DNA from: an uncultured delta proteobacterium
GTDB taxonomy: Bacteria; Desulfobacterota; WTBG01
Length of the DNA stretch: 40,129 nt
NCBI GenBank assembly: GCA_963793865.1
Contig: CAWCBP010000013.1
Coordinates: 1 to 40,129 of the forward strand
Reading direction: 5' to 3'
The notes below the pieces were generated by a model. The model saw nothing but the letters and a program-made list of their open reading frames with translations, was not told the origin of the DNA and did no database searches. Position numbers and translations under genes: made by a program. This document shows, in pieces, positions 1-9,379 of the stretch. Positions within the stretch are counted from its first letter, which is position 1, and each line of letters opens with the position of its first letter.

Positions 1-1454
1 CGCGCCTGATTACCGAGGGCTGAGAAAACCAGCCCCAGGTTATTATAGGGATCGGCATAACCGGGCTTTATCCCGGTGGCTGCGGTTAAGTGGGTCATCG
101 CCTCAGGGTATTGTTTCCGGTTGAAGATAAGAAAATCCGAGATTGTTCTGCGCCCGGGCACAGCGGGGAACGGTCTTAACCGTTGCACGCCAGAGTGTCA
201 TGCCGTCCTTCCAGTCCCGGTTTCGGTCAATGGTTCTGAGCGAAAAAAGGGTTATGATGCAGGAACAGGCAGGAGGCGGTGACTGCGGCATATCGTTTGT
301 CCGTAAGCAGCGGGGTCAGGAGAAGGGCTGCAATAAAGGCAGAAGCCGTATGACGGAAGATAGAGGTATGCTCGGCCAGCAGCTCGTGGTGGGGGAGAGC
401 GTGGCACACGGGAAGCAGGGTGACAAAAAACCACGCGCCCCCAAAGGTAATCCACCTGTTCCGGGGGAGCATCTTCATCAGCAACAGAAAAACGATGAGC
501 AGGGGGCTGCGAATGAAGAGAAAGTCCGCCATTCGAAGAAGGAAAATGAAAGTGGGAAGGCATCATAGGAATCCGCCACAAGCCTGACGGGCAGAAACAG
601 CAGCTTTATGTAGTGCACCAGAATCCTTCCCACGGTAAGAAAGGTGACCGTCATGCTGCCGCCGTAATAGCCCTCCTGGTGAAATACGAGGGGTAAATAA
701 ACATTTTATACACACTGAAACAAAGCGCGCACAGGAAAAAGATGCCGTAAAAATATTTGTGCCGGTGGTACTGTGTGCTTAAGGGCAGTACCCGCTTGTT
801 TTATACAGAATCCGGTTGAACTGGTGCCGGTTTGAGGCAATCTATTATCGAAGACATCGTACATCAAAAACACGATGGGCAGCGTAACCCCCATTTCCTT
901 GGAGCCTATGCTCAGGAGGTAGAGGAACAAGGCCGGCAGTAAATATATCACTCGGTTTCTGCTTCCGGTAAGTCTCAATGAAGCAACAGAAATCCCGCAA
1001 GATAAAACAGGGTGAAGAGGATGTCCCGCCTGCCCGACAGGTAGGCAACCGAATCGGTGTGTACGGGATGAACCGCAAATATGAGTGCCGCGACCAGCGC
1101 GGTGGGCTTTTTTGCGGGATGAGGGACAGGGTGACCAGGTACACCAGAAGGGCGGTGAGGGCGTGAGAGAGATTATATTAAATACGCGTGGTAGCTTACC
1201 GGGCCGGTGCCCGAAAACCGGTAGTCAATGGCATAGGAGAGGGTCCGTATGGGCCGGTAACCATATTTTTGAATGAATAGATTTGCGATTTCATAGATGC
1301 TGTCAAGTTTAGGAACCGTTTTGCTGCCCCTAGATGAGAGGCATGTCATCAAAGACAAAATCATTGTGGAGGGTGTTCCAGTAAAGTAGGAACGGAAGCA
1401 GCAACAGCAGAAATAGTACAATAGCGGTATAAAGCCTTTTTCTATTAATATCAC
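1..1454 (-). pseudogene. TMTC-like (DUF1736) membrane glycosyltransferase with C-terminal TPR repeats, broken by multiple frameshifts; 3' end runs off the window
   Basis: Joining minus-strand frames gives family motifs in the expected order: YWNTLHNDFVFDD, YRPIRTLSYAIDY, HPVHTDSVAYLSGRRDILF, SKEMGVTLP, YIKLLFLPVRL, RNRDWKDGMTLW..RAQNNLG, and TPR-like ADPYNNLGLVF. Start position is approximate. The frameshifts may be sequencing errors. Confidence 0.75.
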
Positions 1455-1484
1455 ATTCTTTTGTTTACTGATACGGTCAAAAAC

Positions 1485-1517
1485 AAAAAACCTGCCGTGC
1501 AGCAAGGCAGGTTTTTT
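1485..1517. terminator. Rho-independent terminator, likely for the minus-strand gene ending at 1542
   Basis: A6-cctgcc...ggcagg-T6: GC stem flanked by A and T runs. Confidence 0.7.
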
Positions 1518-1541
1518 GCAGTAATGGTATCTAAGTGATTG

Positions 1542-2025
1542 TCATTGACCAATGGACAGGTTGTAGCTTGCTCCCCCGTCCTCAGGAAATACGGTAAAGA
1601 ACACGGTGGACAATACCAGCCCGAAACCTCTGTCGTCGGTTAAATCAATCGTAGCTCTTGGGCCTGACCATGGCACCAGTCCGTAGCTGAAATCCACCAG
1701 GGTTCTGCTTCTATATCCGATTAACATAACAGTCCACCATCCCATCGTATTGGGTGTAAGTCCGTCCAGTCCTGCTCCAATGCTTTTGTTGCCAAGGAAG
1801 GTCACAAAAACTGAATGAAAGCCAAACGGCGCGGTTGGCGAGACAGTCAGCCTGGCGGATTCCACCCTGCAGGCAGGGCTTATAATATCATAAGTCTGAT
1901 CCGGTGCTATATCCTCAGTTTCCTGGGCGGCAACCGCCGTAACGCCAAGAAAAGCCCCAAAGGCAATGATCAAGAACATGCTTACCGCTCGCTAATGCAA
2001 ACTTTCCTCCGAGAATCCTTTTCAT
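1542..2025 (-). CDS. Secreted hypothetical protein; probable true start at 2025 with one frameshift near 1985
   Basis: ORF 1542..1979 has a signal-like N-terminus (FLIIAFGAFLGVTAVAA-QE). An ATG at 2025 preceded by an AGGAGG RBS is out of frame by one base. Confidence 0.55.
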
Positions 2026-2165
2026 TGCAACCTCCTTTTCTAGTTAAATAAGATATCTATTCAGGGAATGCATTTTCAATACTTTTATTCTTCTAACAAT
2101 ATTAGGTTTATTTGTCAAATAAAAAATATATCTTTTTTGCCTGACCGCTCTTTCTTTGAAAATGC

Positions 2166-2193
2166 TTGACAGAAGTGTTACTGATGTGATATT
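2166..2193 (+). promoter_or_regulatory. Putative sigma70 promoter for the cytochrome gene
   Basis: TTGACA at 2166-2171, 16 nt spacer, TGn-GATATT extended -10; AGGAGG RBS before ATG 2248. Confidence 0.4.
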
Positions 2194-2247
2194 AATCGAG
2201 AAAAATTAATTTATTTTTAACGCAGGGATAAATAGAAAAAGGAGGCA

Positions 2248-2960
2248 ATGGCGATGAAAAAGGTTCTTTGCGCTGTGTTTGGTGTTGCATTATGTGTGGC
2301 GGTTGTTTTTATGCTTCCCCAAAGTGTTATAGCCCGGCCCTTTGTCGATCAGACCTTCTGCATGAACGCCCAGTGCCATGTGCTCTCCACATTGCAGGCG
2401 CAGCACCAGGGTGATCGTACGAAATGCCATGCGGAACCGGAACCCCAGGTCGCTCAATGCTGATGTCTGCGCGCAGTGCCATCCGATCAGCAATGCCTCC
2501 AAATGCAATTTAATACGCCAGCACGATACTGTTCCTTTTGAGCTGCCCGTTACCTTTAACGGTCTGTATTGCATCGATTGCCATCTTAACTGCCAGGGTA
2601 CTTTATTTCCGGGCAACCGGATGCAGTATTAATGTATTACAGGACCAGGTGGCGCGGTCACGGTGGATCCTGTGGCCGGTGATCATAACCGTCGTGGGGA
2701 CTGAAACTGATTTTCAGCAGTTCGGCATCGAGAGTTCGGTTCGAGTGGGAGAAATCAGCAAACCCGTAATACGGCTTGGGGCGCTGGCTATTTCATCCGT
2801 ACAAACGATCCAGCAGTTTGTTTTAATACTGCCCTCCGTTCTCACCGGAGTCCGGACAGTGAGAGTGAAACAATAACGGTTACCGTTACCAATGGGGGGG
2901 TGTGATATTGCGTTAGATACATTTGAGCTGCAGCTGCTTCCCTTTAGCCTGGACAAATAG
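2248..2960 (+). CDS. Secreted multiheme c-type cytochrome with C-terminal beta-rich domain, split by at least 3 frameshifts
   Basis: Signal peptide, then CMNAQCH, (D)RTKCH, CAQCH and CIDCH across ORFs 2248, 2378 and 2538. The last frame reads ETITVTVTNGGCDIALDTFELQLLPFSLDK to TAG 2958-2960. Confidence 0.65.
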
Positions 2961-2993
2961 GCTTCTGTCGCTAGGGGTCGTTTTAAAAATTAA

Positions 2994-3029
2994 CAAGAGC
3001 CCGATGGTCTTGCGACCGCCGGGCTCTTG
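2994..3029. terminator. Hairpin between convergent genes (probable terminator)
   Basis: caagagcccg...cgggctcttg 10-bp inverted repeat with inner ggtc/gacc pairing. Confidence 0.55.
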
Positions 3030-3095
3030 CTGTGTATTAAAAAAATTTTTTTTTTTTTTTTTTTTTTGGGGGGGGGTGGATCGCTCCTTTTGTCT

Positions 3096-3931
3096 TTATG
3101 CTTCCCCATGCAATCCTGCAGGGATAAGAGGGATTGAAACAGCCGTAATTCTCCGCTCCCACTGCTGATATATCCCGAACTTTTCGGGCGAAAGATTGGT
3201 GTCAAAGTGAACGGCGCTGGTGGGGGTGATCCGCACCACATCGAAGCGCAGTGCCGCCCGCTGTGGGGTGACCCGCACCGGCTTGTATTTTTCCACCAGC
3301 CTTTCGAACTGCGGGTCGCCCGGCGAGATCACCTGCGCGTTTCCCGTATCTGAACACTCTTCCATTCCTGCTTGGCGCCCTTATTCTGCTGTGCCTCGGT
3401 AACCGTCCATCCTTTATAGTGAACGGCGCAGATGCGCGGGTTCTCCCGCATGTGCATCAGCTTTTCGGACCTTTCGCACAGCACATAGAGGCACTTTTCA
3501 TCCCGGTCCAAAACCATGTCCACGGTGGTGGCGGTGGGCTCATTATTGAAAACCGTGGTAAGCACAAACCGCTCGCGCCCCGGTAAAAATGCCTCGATCT
3601 TCTTCCACACCTCGTCATTGGAGAGCCGGGGATAATTCATCATAAATTGTTTGGTTGAAGTGGTTACGGCGTCAAAGGTAACCTGGTGGCATTCCACGCA
3701 GACCATTCCCCGGCCGTACGGGGGATGATCCGGTGTCACTACCTGGTCTGCCTTGATGGGACCGCCTTCTATGACCACGGCCTCGACCCCCATTTCTCCC
3801 GCGCCCACGCTGACGGCTTTGGGCGCGGGTTTTCCTGCCGGGGCTTCACCCGATCCCACGGTTATTGCGGGGAAAAATAAGAGTGAAATGAGCAATAAAA
3901 GCTTTGTTGAGAGCATTTGTCCTTTTTTCAT
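3096..3931 (-). CDS. Secreted monoheme cytochrome c domain fused to a pyridoxamine 5'-phosphate oxidase-like (split-barrel) domain; frameshift near 3345
   Basis: GAGGAGGA RBS before ATG 3931 (MKKGQML), signal peptide and CVECH. Then FVLTTV..EPTATTV..SEKLMHMRENPRIC..SVQIR, continuing in ORF 3096..3365 as GNAQVI..VVRITP, a PNPOx-like pattern. Confidence 0.7.
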
Positions 3932-4035
3932 GTTGATTGTGTCCTCCTCTGTGATGTTATGAACTGTTGCAGTCGGGATAGTAATGCAGTGCTTCATAAA
4001 TCCATTTCATTCAGTATGAGCATAGGGTCTGTTTC

Positions 4036-4063
4036 GTAGGGGCGACCGGCCGGTCGCCCTTAC
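4036..4063. repeat. GTAG-type REP-like palindrome, copy 1 of 4
   Basis: gtaggggcgaccggccggtcgcccttac; near-identical copies at 20331, 21818 and 31974. Confidence 0.85.
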
Positions 4064-4281
4064 CTGTGTATAAGACGTCCAACACTAGCAGAGTTGAAAA
4101 AAAAACTAAAGCAAAGATATCATTTCTCCCGCGAAACATCTCCTTCTTGCGCCGCGGCAGGTTCTTGTGCTATTTAGCGGCTACATCAAAAAACTCTTCC
4201 CTTTTCATGGAAAAGCTAGTATATGGTTTGTGCCCGATTTCAGGGTGCAAAGCAGATGGTGGTGACTGAACGGAGGGTAGC

Positions 4282-6180
4282 GTGTCTTCTGATTTCAAGC
4301 TGAAGGGGTATTGCGGTGCGTTGCTGCGGATAAACCTGACCAGCGGCAAGGTGGCGGTCGAGCCCTTGAAAGAGGAGTGGGCGGAGAAATATCTGGGCGG
4401 CGCCGGCCTTGCCTCACGCATTCTCTATGATGAGTTGAAGCCGGGGATTGACGCCTTCAGCCCCGAGAATAAAACGCTTATCATGTCCGGGCCGGTCAAC
4501 GGGACCATGATCCCCACCGCCTCGCGCGTGGGGGCCTATTGCAAGTCTCCGCTCACCGGGTCCTTCTTTCACGGTACTGCCGGAGGGCATTTCGGCGCGG
4601 AGCTCAAGTACGCGGGGTATGACGGGGTCATCATTGAGGGCCGCGCATCATCGCCGGTGTATATCTTTATCGATGATGACCAGGTGGAGTTGCGCGACGC
4701 CACGCACCTCTGGGGCATGAACAGCTACGATACCCAGGAGAAGCTGAAGGAAGAGCTGGGGCTGGACGAGATTCACGCCGCCAGCATCGGGCCCGCCGGG
4801 GAGATGCTCAACCGCTTTGCCTGCATAACCTTCGGCTGCCGGGTCACCGGCAGGGGCGGGACCGGCGCGGTGTGGGGTTCGAAGAAACTGAAGGCGGTGG
4901 TGGTGCGGGGCACCGGATCGGTTGAGGTGCCGGACATCGGCAGGTTCAAGCAGTTTGCCGATGAGCTGCTCGGTGTTTTCAGGACCCACCCGGCGACGTC
5001 GCAGATACTTCCCACCTATGGCACACCGGTGCTGGTGAATGCCAACAATGCCCTGGGTGTTTTCGGCAGCTACAACTGGCGTGAGGAGGTGTTTGACAAC
5101 GCGCAGGGGTTGAGCGGCGAAACCATGAAAAAGACCATCTGGGTCAAGGACAAGGCCTGCTTTGCCTGCCCGGTGCGCAGCAGCAAGTTCTGCATCGTCA
5201 AAACCAAGAAGGACGGCACCTGCCTGGTTGAAGGGCCGGAGTATGAGAATATTTATTCCCTGGGGTCCTGCTGCGGGGTTGACTCCATCAAGGCGGTGGC
5301 CCGGGCCGAGCGCATCTGTGATGACTACGGGATGGACGCCATCGAAGCCGGGGTGGCTGTGGCCTTTGCCATGGAGTGCTTTGAAAAGGGTTTCCTCTCG
5401 CTGGAGGAAACCGAGGGCATTGACCTGCGCTTCGGCAGTGAAGAGGTGATGCTGACCATGATTCATAAAATCGGGAGGCGGGAGGGGCTGGGAAACCTGC
5501 TTGCCGAGGGGGTTAAGCGGACCTCGGAGAAGATCGGCCGGGGGTCCGAGGATTTTGCCATGCACACCAAGGGCATGACCTTTGCCGGCCATTCGGCGCG
5601 GGGGATGCCCGGATTCGGTCTCGGTTACGCGACCGGTCCCCGCGGGGGGAGCCACCACGACGGACGCCCCACGGGCGAGCGCACGGGCCTGGTCCCGCGG
5701 GACACCTTTGAGGGGAAAGGCGAGTACACGGCGCGCGTCAACCATATGACCATCTACACCGATTCCATGATCGTCTGCCACCTGGCGGAATCCATCTGGG
5801 GACCGCTGGATATATCAAACTGGTGTGTACGATCGGTCAACGCCGCGACCGGCATGGGGTGCTCCCTCGATGATGCCAAAAAGACGGCGGAGAGGATCTG
5901 GAACATGATGCGGGCCTTCATGGTGCGGGAAGGCTTCCGCCGAAAGGATGACAAGCTGCCCAGGCGGTTCATGGAGGAGCCCATTCCCCGCGGGCCGTCG
6001 AAGGGGATGATGATCAGCAGGGAAAATCTGGACACAATGCTGGATGAGTATTACACCTTCCGGGGATGGGACCTCAAGACGGGCATTCCCACGCCTGAAC
6101 GGTTGGTGAGCCTGGGACTGGAGGATGTTGCCGCCGACATGAAGCGCTACCTCGAAGCTGCCCAACAGCAAAAGCAATAG
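4282..6180 (+). CDS. aor: Aldehyde:ferredoxin oxidoreductase (tungstopterin AOR family)
   Basis: 632 aa; LLRINLT, KSPLTG, GGHFGAELKYAGYD, IGPAGE, GRGGTGAVWGSKKLKA, CFACPVRS, EGPEYE, CDDYGMDAI, YYTFRGWD..GIPT. Confidence 0.95.
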   Translation: MSSDFKLKGYCGALLRINLTSGKVAVEPLKEEWAEKYLGGAGLASRILYDELKPGIDAFSPENKTLIMSGPVNGTMIPTASRVGAYCKSPLTGSFFHGTAGGHFGAELKYAGYDGVIIEGRASSPVYIFIDDDQVELRDATHLWGMNSYDTQEKLKEELGLDEIHAASIGPAGEMLNRFACITFGCRVTGRGGTGAVWGSKKLKAVVVRGTGSVEVPDIGRFKQFADELLGVFRTHPATSQILPTYGTPVLVNANNALGVFGSYNWREEVFDNAQGLSGETMKKTIWVKDKACFACPVRSSKFCIVKTKKDGTCLVEGPEYENIYSLGSCCGVDSIKAVARAERICDDYGMDAIEAGVAVAFAMECFEKGFLSLEETEGIDLRFGSEEVMLTMIHKIGRREGLGNLLAEGVKRTSEKIGRGSEDFAMHTKGMTFAGHSARGMPGFGLGYATGPRGGSHHDGRPTGERTGLVPRDTFEGKGEYTARVNHMTIYTDSMIVCHLAESIWGPLDISNWCVRSVNAATGMGCSLDDAKKTAERIWNMMRAFMVREGFRRKDDKLPRRFMEEPIPRGPSKGMMISRENLDTMLDEYYTFRGWDLKTGIPTPERLVSLGLEDVAADMKRYLEAAQQQKQ

Positions 6181-6200
6181 CCGGACATAGATTTAAAATG

Positions 6201-6284
6201 CCCTCACCCTAACGCTCTCCGCGGTGGGTAGAGGGGACTTATGTTAACCTCCTCTCGCTTGGGGGAGAGGATTGAGGTGAGGGG
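6201..6284. repeat. Inverted pair of CCCTCACCC..CTCTCC-type palindromic repeat units
   Basis: ccctcaccctaacgctctcc at the left and ggagaggattgaggtgagggg at the right are imperfect reverse complements. Confidence 0.6.
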
Positions 6285-6347
6285 GGAATGAAATATTGTG
6301 AAAATTATTTTCAGGCATCGTGGCGCCCTGACGGGACTGAGGATTAG

Positions 6348-7124
6348 ATGAAACTTGACGAGACCATTATTTCAAGGGCGATTATCGACAGGTTTACCGA
6401 AAAGCTGAAAGACTGCCTGCGCATTGACGTTGCCATCGTGGGAGGCGGTCCCGCGGGTCTGATGGCGGCGATGCTCCTGGCCAAAAAGAAGAAGAAGGTT
6501 GCCCTCTTTGAGCGCAAGCTTTCCATCGGCGGCGGCATGTGGGGCGGGGGGATGATGTTTAACGAGGTGGTGGTGCAGGAGGAGGGGAAGCGGATTTTGC
6601 AGGCCCTCGGCATACGCCACCGCGCCTATCAGAAGGGATACTACACCGCCGACTCGATTGAAACCGTTTCCACCCTCTGCTCGCAGGCCATGCGGGCCGG
6701 CGCGCGCATTTTCAACCTGATGAGCGTTGAGGACGTGATGGTGCGGGAGGGCAGGGTGACCGGCGTGGTGCTCAACTGGACGGCGGTGGAGATGGCCAAC
6801 CTGCACGTGGACCCGCTCTGCGTGGCGGCGAAGTACGTGGTTGATGCCACCGGCCATGCCACCGAGGTGATCAAGGTGATCGAGCGCAAGGTGGGGGCCC
6901 ACCTTTTCACCCAGACCGGCGGGGTGGTGGGAGAAAAATCCCTGTGGGCCGAGGTGGCCGAGACCGCGACCCTGGAAAACACGCGCGAGGTCTATCCCGG
7001 CGTGCTGGTGGCGGGCATGTCGGCCAATGCCACTTTCGGCAACCATCGCATGGGCCCGGTATTCGGCGGCATGCTGCTTTCGGGAGAAAAGGTGGCCGAT
7101 CTGATCATAAAGGATATGAAGTAG
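6348..7124 (+). CDS. thi4: Sulfide-dependent adenosine diphosphate thiazole synthase (Thi4, His-type)
   Basis: [27 protein letters not shown] (His where suicide enzymes have Cys), [19 protein letters not shown]. Confidence 0.95.
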   Translation: MKLDETIISRAIIDRFTEKLKDCLRIDVAIVGGGPAGLMAAMLLAKKKKKVALFERKLSIGGGMWGGGMMFNEVVVQEEGKRILQALGIRHRAYQKGYYTADSIETVSTLCSQAMRAGARIFNLMSVEDVMVREGRVTGVVLNWTAVEMANLHVDPLCVAAKYVVDATGHATEVIKVIERKVGAHLFTQTGGVVGEKSLWAEVAETATLENTREVYPGVLVAGMSANATFGNHRMGPVFGGMLLSGEKVADLIIKDMK

Positions 7125-7130
7125 CGCTAG

Positions 7131-7255
7131 CAGGCTGGTGAAAAACACCCATCTGCTGCGTTACGCTCATCCTTCGTCATTGCAGCGTACCGGAAAGTAC
7201 GCCTCATTCCTCAGGATTTCGCGTGCCTTGCATCTGGATGTTTTTGACCAGCCTG
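7131..7255. mobile_element. ~125-bp MITE-like element, copy 1
   Basis: Terminal inverted repeats caggctggtgaaaaaca / tgtttttgaccagcctg; near-identical copy at 24627-24752. Confidence 0.8.
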
Positions 7256-7273
7256 CGAAAAAATACTTAACGG

Positions 7274-7341
7274 TGTCATTGCGAGGAGCACGAGCGACGA
7301 AGCAATCCCATGAGATTGCCGCGCTATCGCTCGCAATGACA
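7274..7341. repeat. GTCATTGCGAG..CTCGCAATGAC palindromic repeat (CGTC/GTC-type REP-like)
   Basis: 12-bp perfect terminal inverted repeat tgtcattgcgag/ctcgcaatgaca with inner gcaatc/gattgc. Confidence 0.75.
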
Positions 7342-7406
7342 ATTACATATCGGTTCCTTGAAATTTTCACACATGGATGCCCCGCGGCGGTGCCGCGGGG
7401 TTTGCT

Positions 7407-9161
7407 TTATCCGGCGGAGAGGATAAAGATGGTCAGCAGCAGTGAAAAGATGAAAAGGAAATAAAGCACACCCAGCCCGATGGCCTGCCTGCCCGCGTCC
7501 GGGTCATAGCGTTCCATCGTTCCCCTGCCTGACGAGAACGATGCAAGCGCCGCCATCGGGTTTTTGCAGGCCCACTGTGCTGCAGCCACAACCCTGCCCG
7601 CAGCCCCCTGCAGGTCATTTCTCCTGCCGGCCAGATAGTAACAGCCCTTCATGAAGTGCGCCGCGCCCCTGCGGTAGAACCAGTCAAGGTCCAGGTTGAT
7701 TTTTGCGTCAGGCTTTGCAAGGCGCCGCATGAGGACATATCCCAGCAGTGCCGCCATAAGCACATGCGTCCAGGTCATAACCGAGTAATAATTATACGGT
7801 TGGAAATCTACCGCGAAGGGGAGTATCGCCTGGAGTACCTTAGGATACACGCCGATGAGCACGCAGATGAAACCCGTCATCCCCATGGCAACGAGCATAT
7901 TGACCGGCGGCTCGTGGGCTTTGATACCCTCGTGCTCATCCGGTCGGGACGCACTGCCGAACCAGGTGCTAAGCGGCAGCTTGAGGCTGATGGAGAGAAA
8001 GGTGCCGATTGATACCAGATTGAGCAGCAGGTATACGGCGGGCAGATGGATTTCGGCCAGCGCGTGCATGAGCATGCGCTTGCTTACGAAGCAGTTAAAC
8101 AGGGGCACCGCGGAGATTGAGAATGCCCCCACGTAATAAAAAAGCAGGCACAGGGGCATGGACCGGTAGAGGTCCCTTCCCTGGAGGTCGGTCATCCTGC
8201 TTTTCCCGGTGACATAGAGAACCCCGCCTGTGGCCATGAACAGCAGGGATTTGCAGAAGATGTTGCAGAAGGCATGGGCGGCGGAACCATTCATGGCAAG
8301 TTCAGTTCCCAATCCCACCCCGCAGATCATGAAACCCACCTGGCTTATGATATGGTAGGAAAGCAGCCGCCGGATGTCGTTTTCAATCATGGCATAGACG
8401 ATGCCGTAGAGGGCCATGATGGTTCCCAGCCAGATTAAAAGCTCGCTTCCCGGAAAGGCCCTGAGCAGCACGTACACGGCGCTCTTGGTGGTGAAGGCGG
8501 AGAGGAACACGGTCCCGGTAACGGTGGCCTCGGGGTAGGCGTCCGAGAGCCACGCGTGAAGGGGCGGGACGGCCCCGTTAATCATGAATCCGAGCAGCAT
8601 CAGGGTTGAGCTTGCCGTCCCGGTCTGCAGGGTGCCGAACGTGAGGGAGCCGGTACCGCCCACCTCCATGACAATGCCGGCAAGCAGCAGGGCGCCCCCG
8701 AAGAGGTGTATGAGCAGGTATCTGAATCCCGCGGCGAGTGCCTGCCTGCTCTTCCGGTACCAGATGAGAAAGACGGAAGATAAGGCCATCAGCTCCCAGA
8801 AGGCGAACAGGGTAAAAAAATCCCCCGCCAGGGTCACCCCCAGGGTACCGCCCGCATACAGCAGCGCCGCAGCGTGCTGTCCGTCTTCCTTCACGTGGAG
8901 CGCGTACACCGTGCCCAGGAAGGCCATTACCACAAAGACGTAGGCAAAGCAGATGCTTAAGGAATCCACCCGGCCAAGGACCAGATCATAGGTCATGAAG
9001 CGATACGTCCAGTACTGGCCGGGAGGCAGGGACATCAGGTCAGCCAGGGCGATGAGCGGGGTTGCGAGCAGCAGCGCCTGCTTCAGAATCCGCGCCCGGA
9101 GAAGGGGCAGCGCCAGGGCCGCGAGCATAAAAATGAGCGAGGGATGGACGGGATTAATCAT
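7407..9161 (-). CDS. Mrp/Mnh antiporter MrpD/MrpA-like proton-conducting subunit
   Basis: Start reassigned to MINPVHP (9161). FWELMALSS, PPLHAWLSDAYPEA, LSAFTTKSAVY, ENDIRRLLSYHIISQVG. Confidence 0.88.
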   Translation of the reverse strand: MINPVHPSLIFMLAALALPLLRARILKQALLLATPLIALADLMSLPPGQYWTYRFMTYDLVLGRVDSLSICFAYVFVVMAFLGTVYALHVKEDGQHAAALLYAGGTLGVTLAGDFFTLFAFWELMALSSVFLIWYRKSRQALAAGFRYLLIHLFGGALLLAGIVMEVGGTGSLTFGTLQTGTASSTLMLLGFMINGAVPPLHAWLSDAYPEATVTGTVFLSAFTTKSAVYVLLRAFPGSELLIWLGTIMALYGIVYAMIENDIRRLLSYHIISQVGFMICGVGLGTELAMNGSAAHAFCNIFCKSLLFMATGGVLYVTGKSRMTDLQGRDLYRSMPLCLLFYYVGAFSISAVPLFNCFVSKRMLMHALAEIHLPAVYLLLNLVSIGTFLSISLKLPLSTWFGSASRPDEHEGIKAHEPPVNMLVAMGMTGFICVLIGVYPKVLQAILPFAVDFQPYNYYSVMTWTHVLMAALLGYVLMRRLAKPDAKINLDLDWFYRRGAAHFMKGCYYLAGRRNDLQGAAGRVVAAAQWACKNPMAALASFSSGRGTMERYDPDAGRQAIGLGVLYFLFIFSLLLTIFILSAG

Positions 9162-9363
9162 AGTAGCCTTCGTCCCGCTGTATGAGGTGCTTGACCAGGA
9201 TCTTGGTGACTGCGATGAGCAGCAGGCACCCGATAAAGCCGAACAGCGCGCTGAACAGGGTGAATTTTTCCCAGATAAAATGAATCTTATCGGGGGCGGT
9301 AAAGAAGCTGTTGACCAGAATCGCTGCGGTGACAACGATAAAAAGAACTGCGCCTTTTTTCAT
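9154..9363 (-). CDS. Small two-TM membrane protein of the Mrp cluster
   Basis: MKKGAVLF..FSALFGFIGC..IQRDEGYYD; overlaps the downstream gene start (coupled). Confidence 0.75.
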   Translation of the reverse strand: MKKGAVLFIVVTAAILVNSFFTAPDKIHFIWEKFTLFSALFGFIGCLLLIAVTKILVKHLIQRDEGYYD

Positions 9364-9379
9364 GAGAGCAACCCATACC

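Noticed and set aside
2458..2466. TGC-TGA-TGT as a selenocysteine site in the cytochrome
   Set aside because: The heme motifs continue in another frame (NADVCAQCH), so this is a frameshift by-product
3690..3770. Magnetosome gene island
   Set aside because: Only a single magnetochrome-like motif; no mam/mms/mad-like genes are recognisable nearby
4648..5781. Long antisense ORFs (also 6372..7148, 9311..10642, 17094..17849, 25149..26294, 28099..29232)
   Set aside because: They are shadows of GC-rich, well-supported genes on the opposite strand and have no recognisable motifs
6181..6347. TPP riboswitch upstream of thi4
   Set aside because: Only a ctgag-like word is present; the rest of the conserved aptamer is absent and most of the gap is a palindromic repeat
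7138..7464. ORFs 7138..7464 and 7167..7370 as genes
   Set aside because: They run through the MITE-like element and the palindromic repeat
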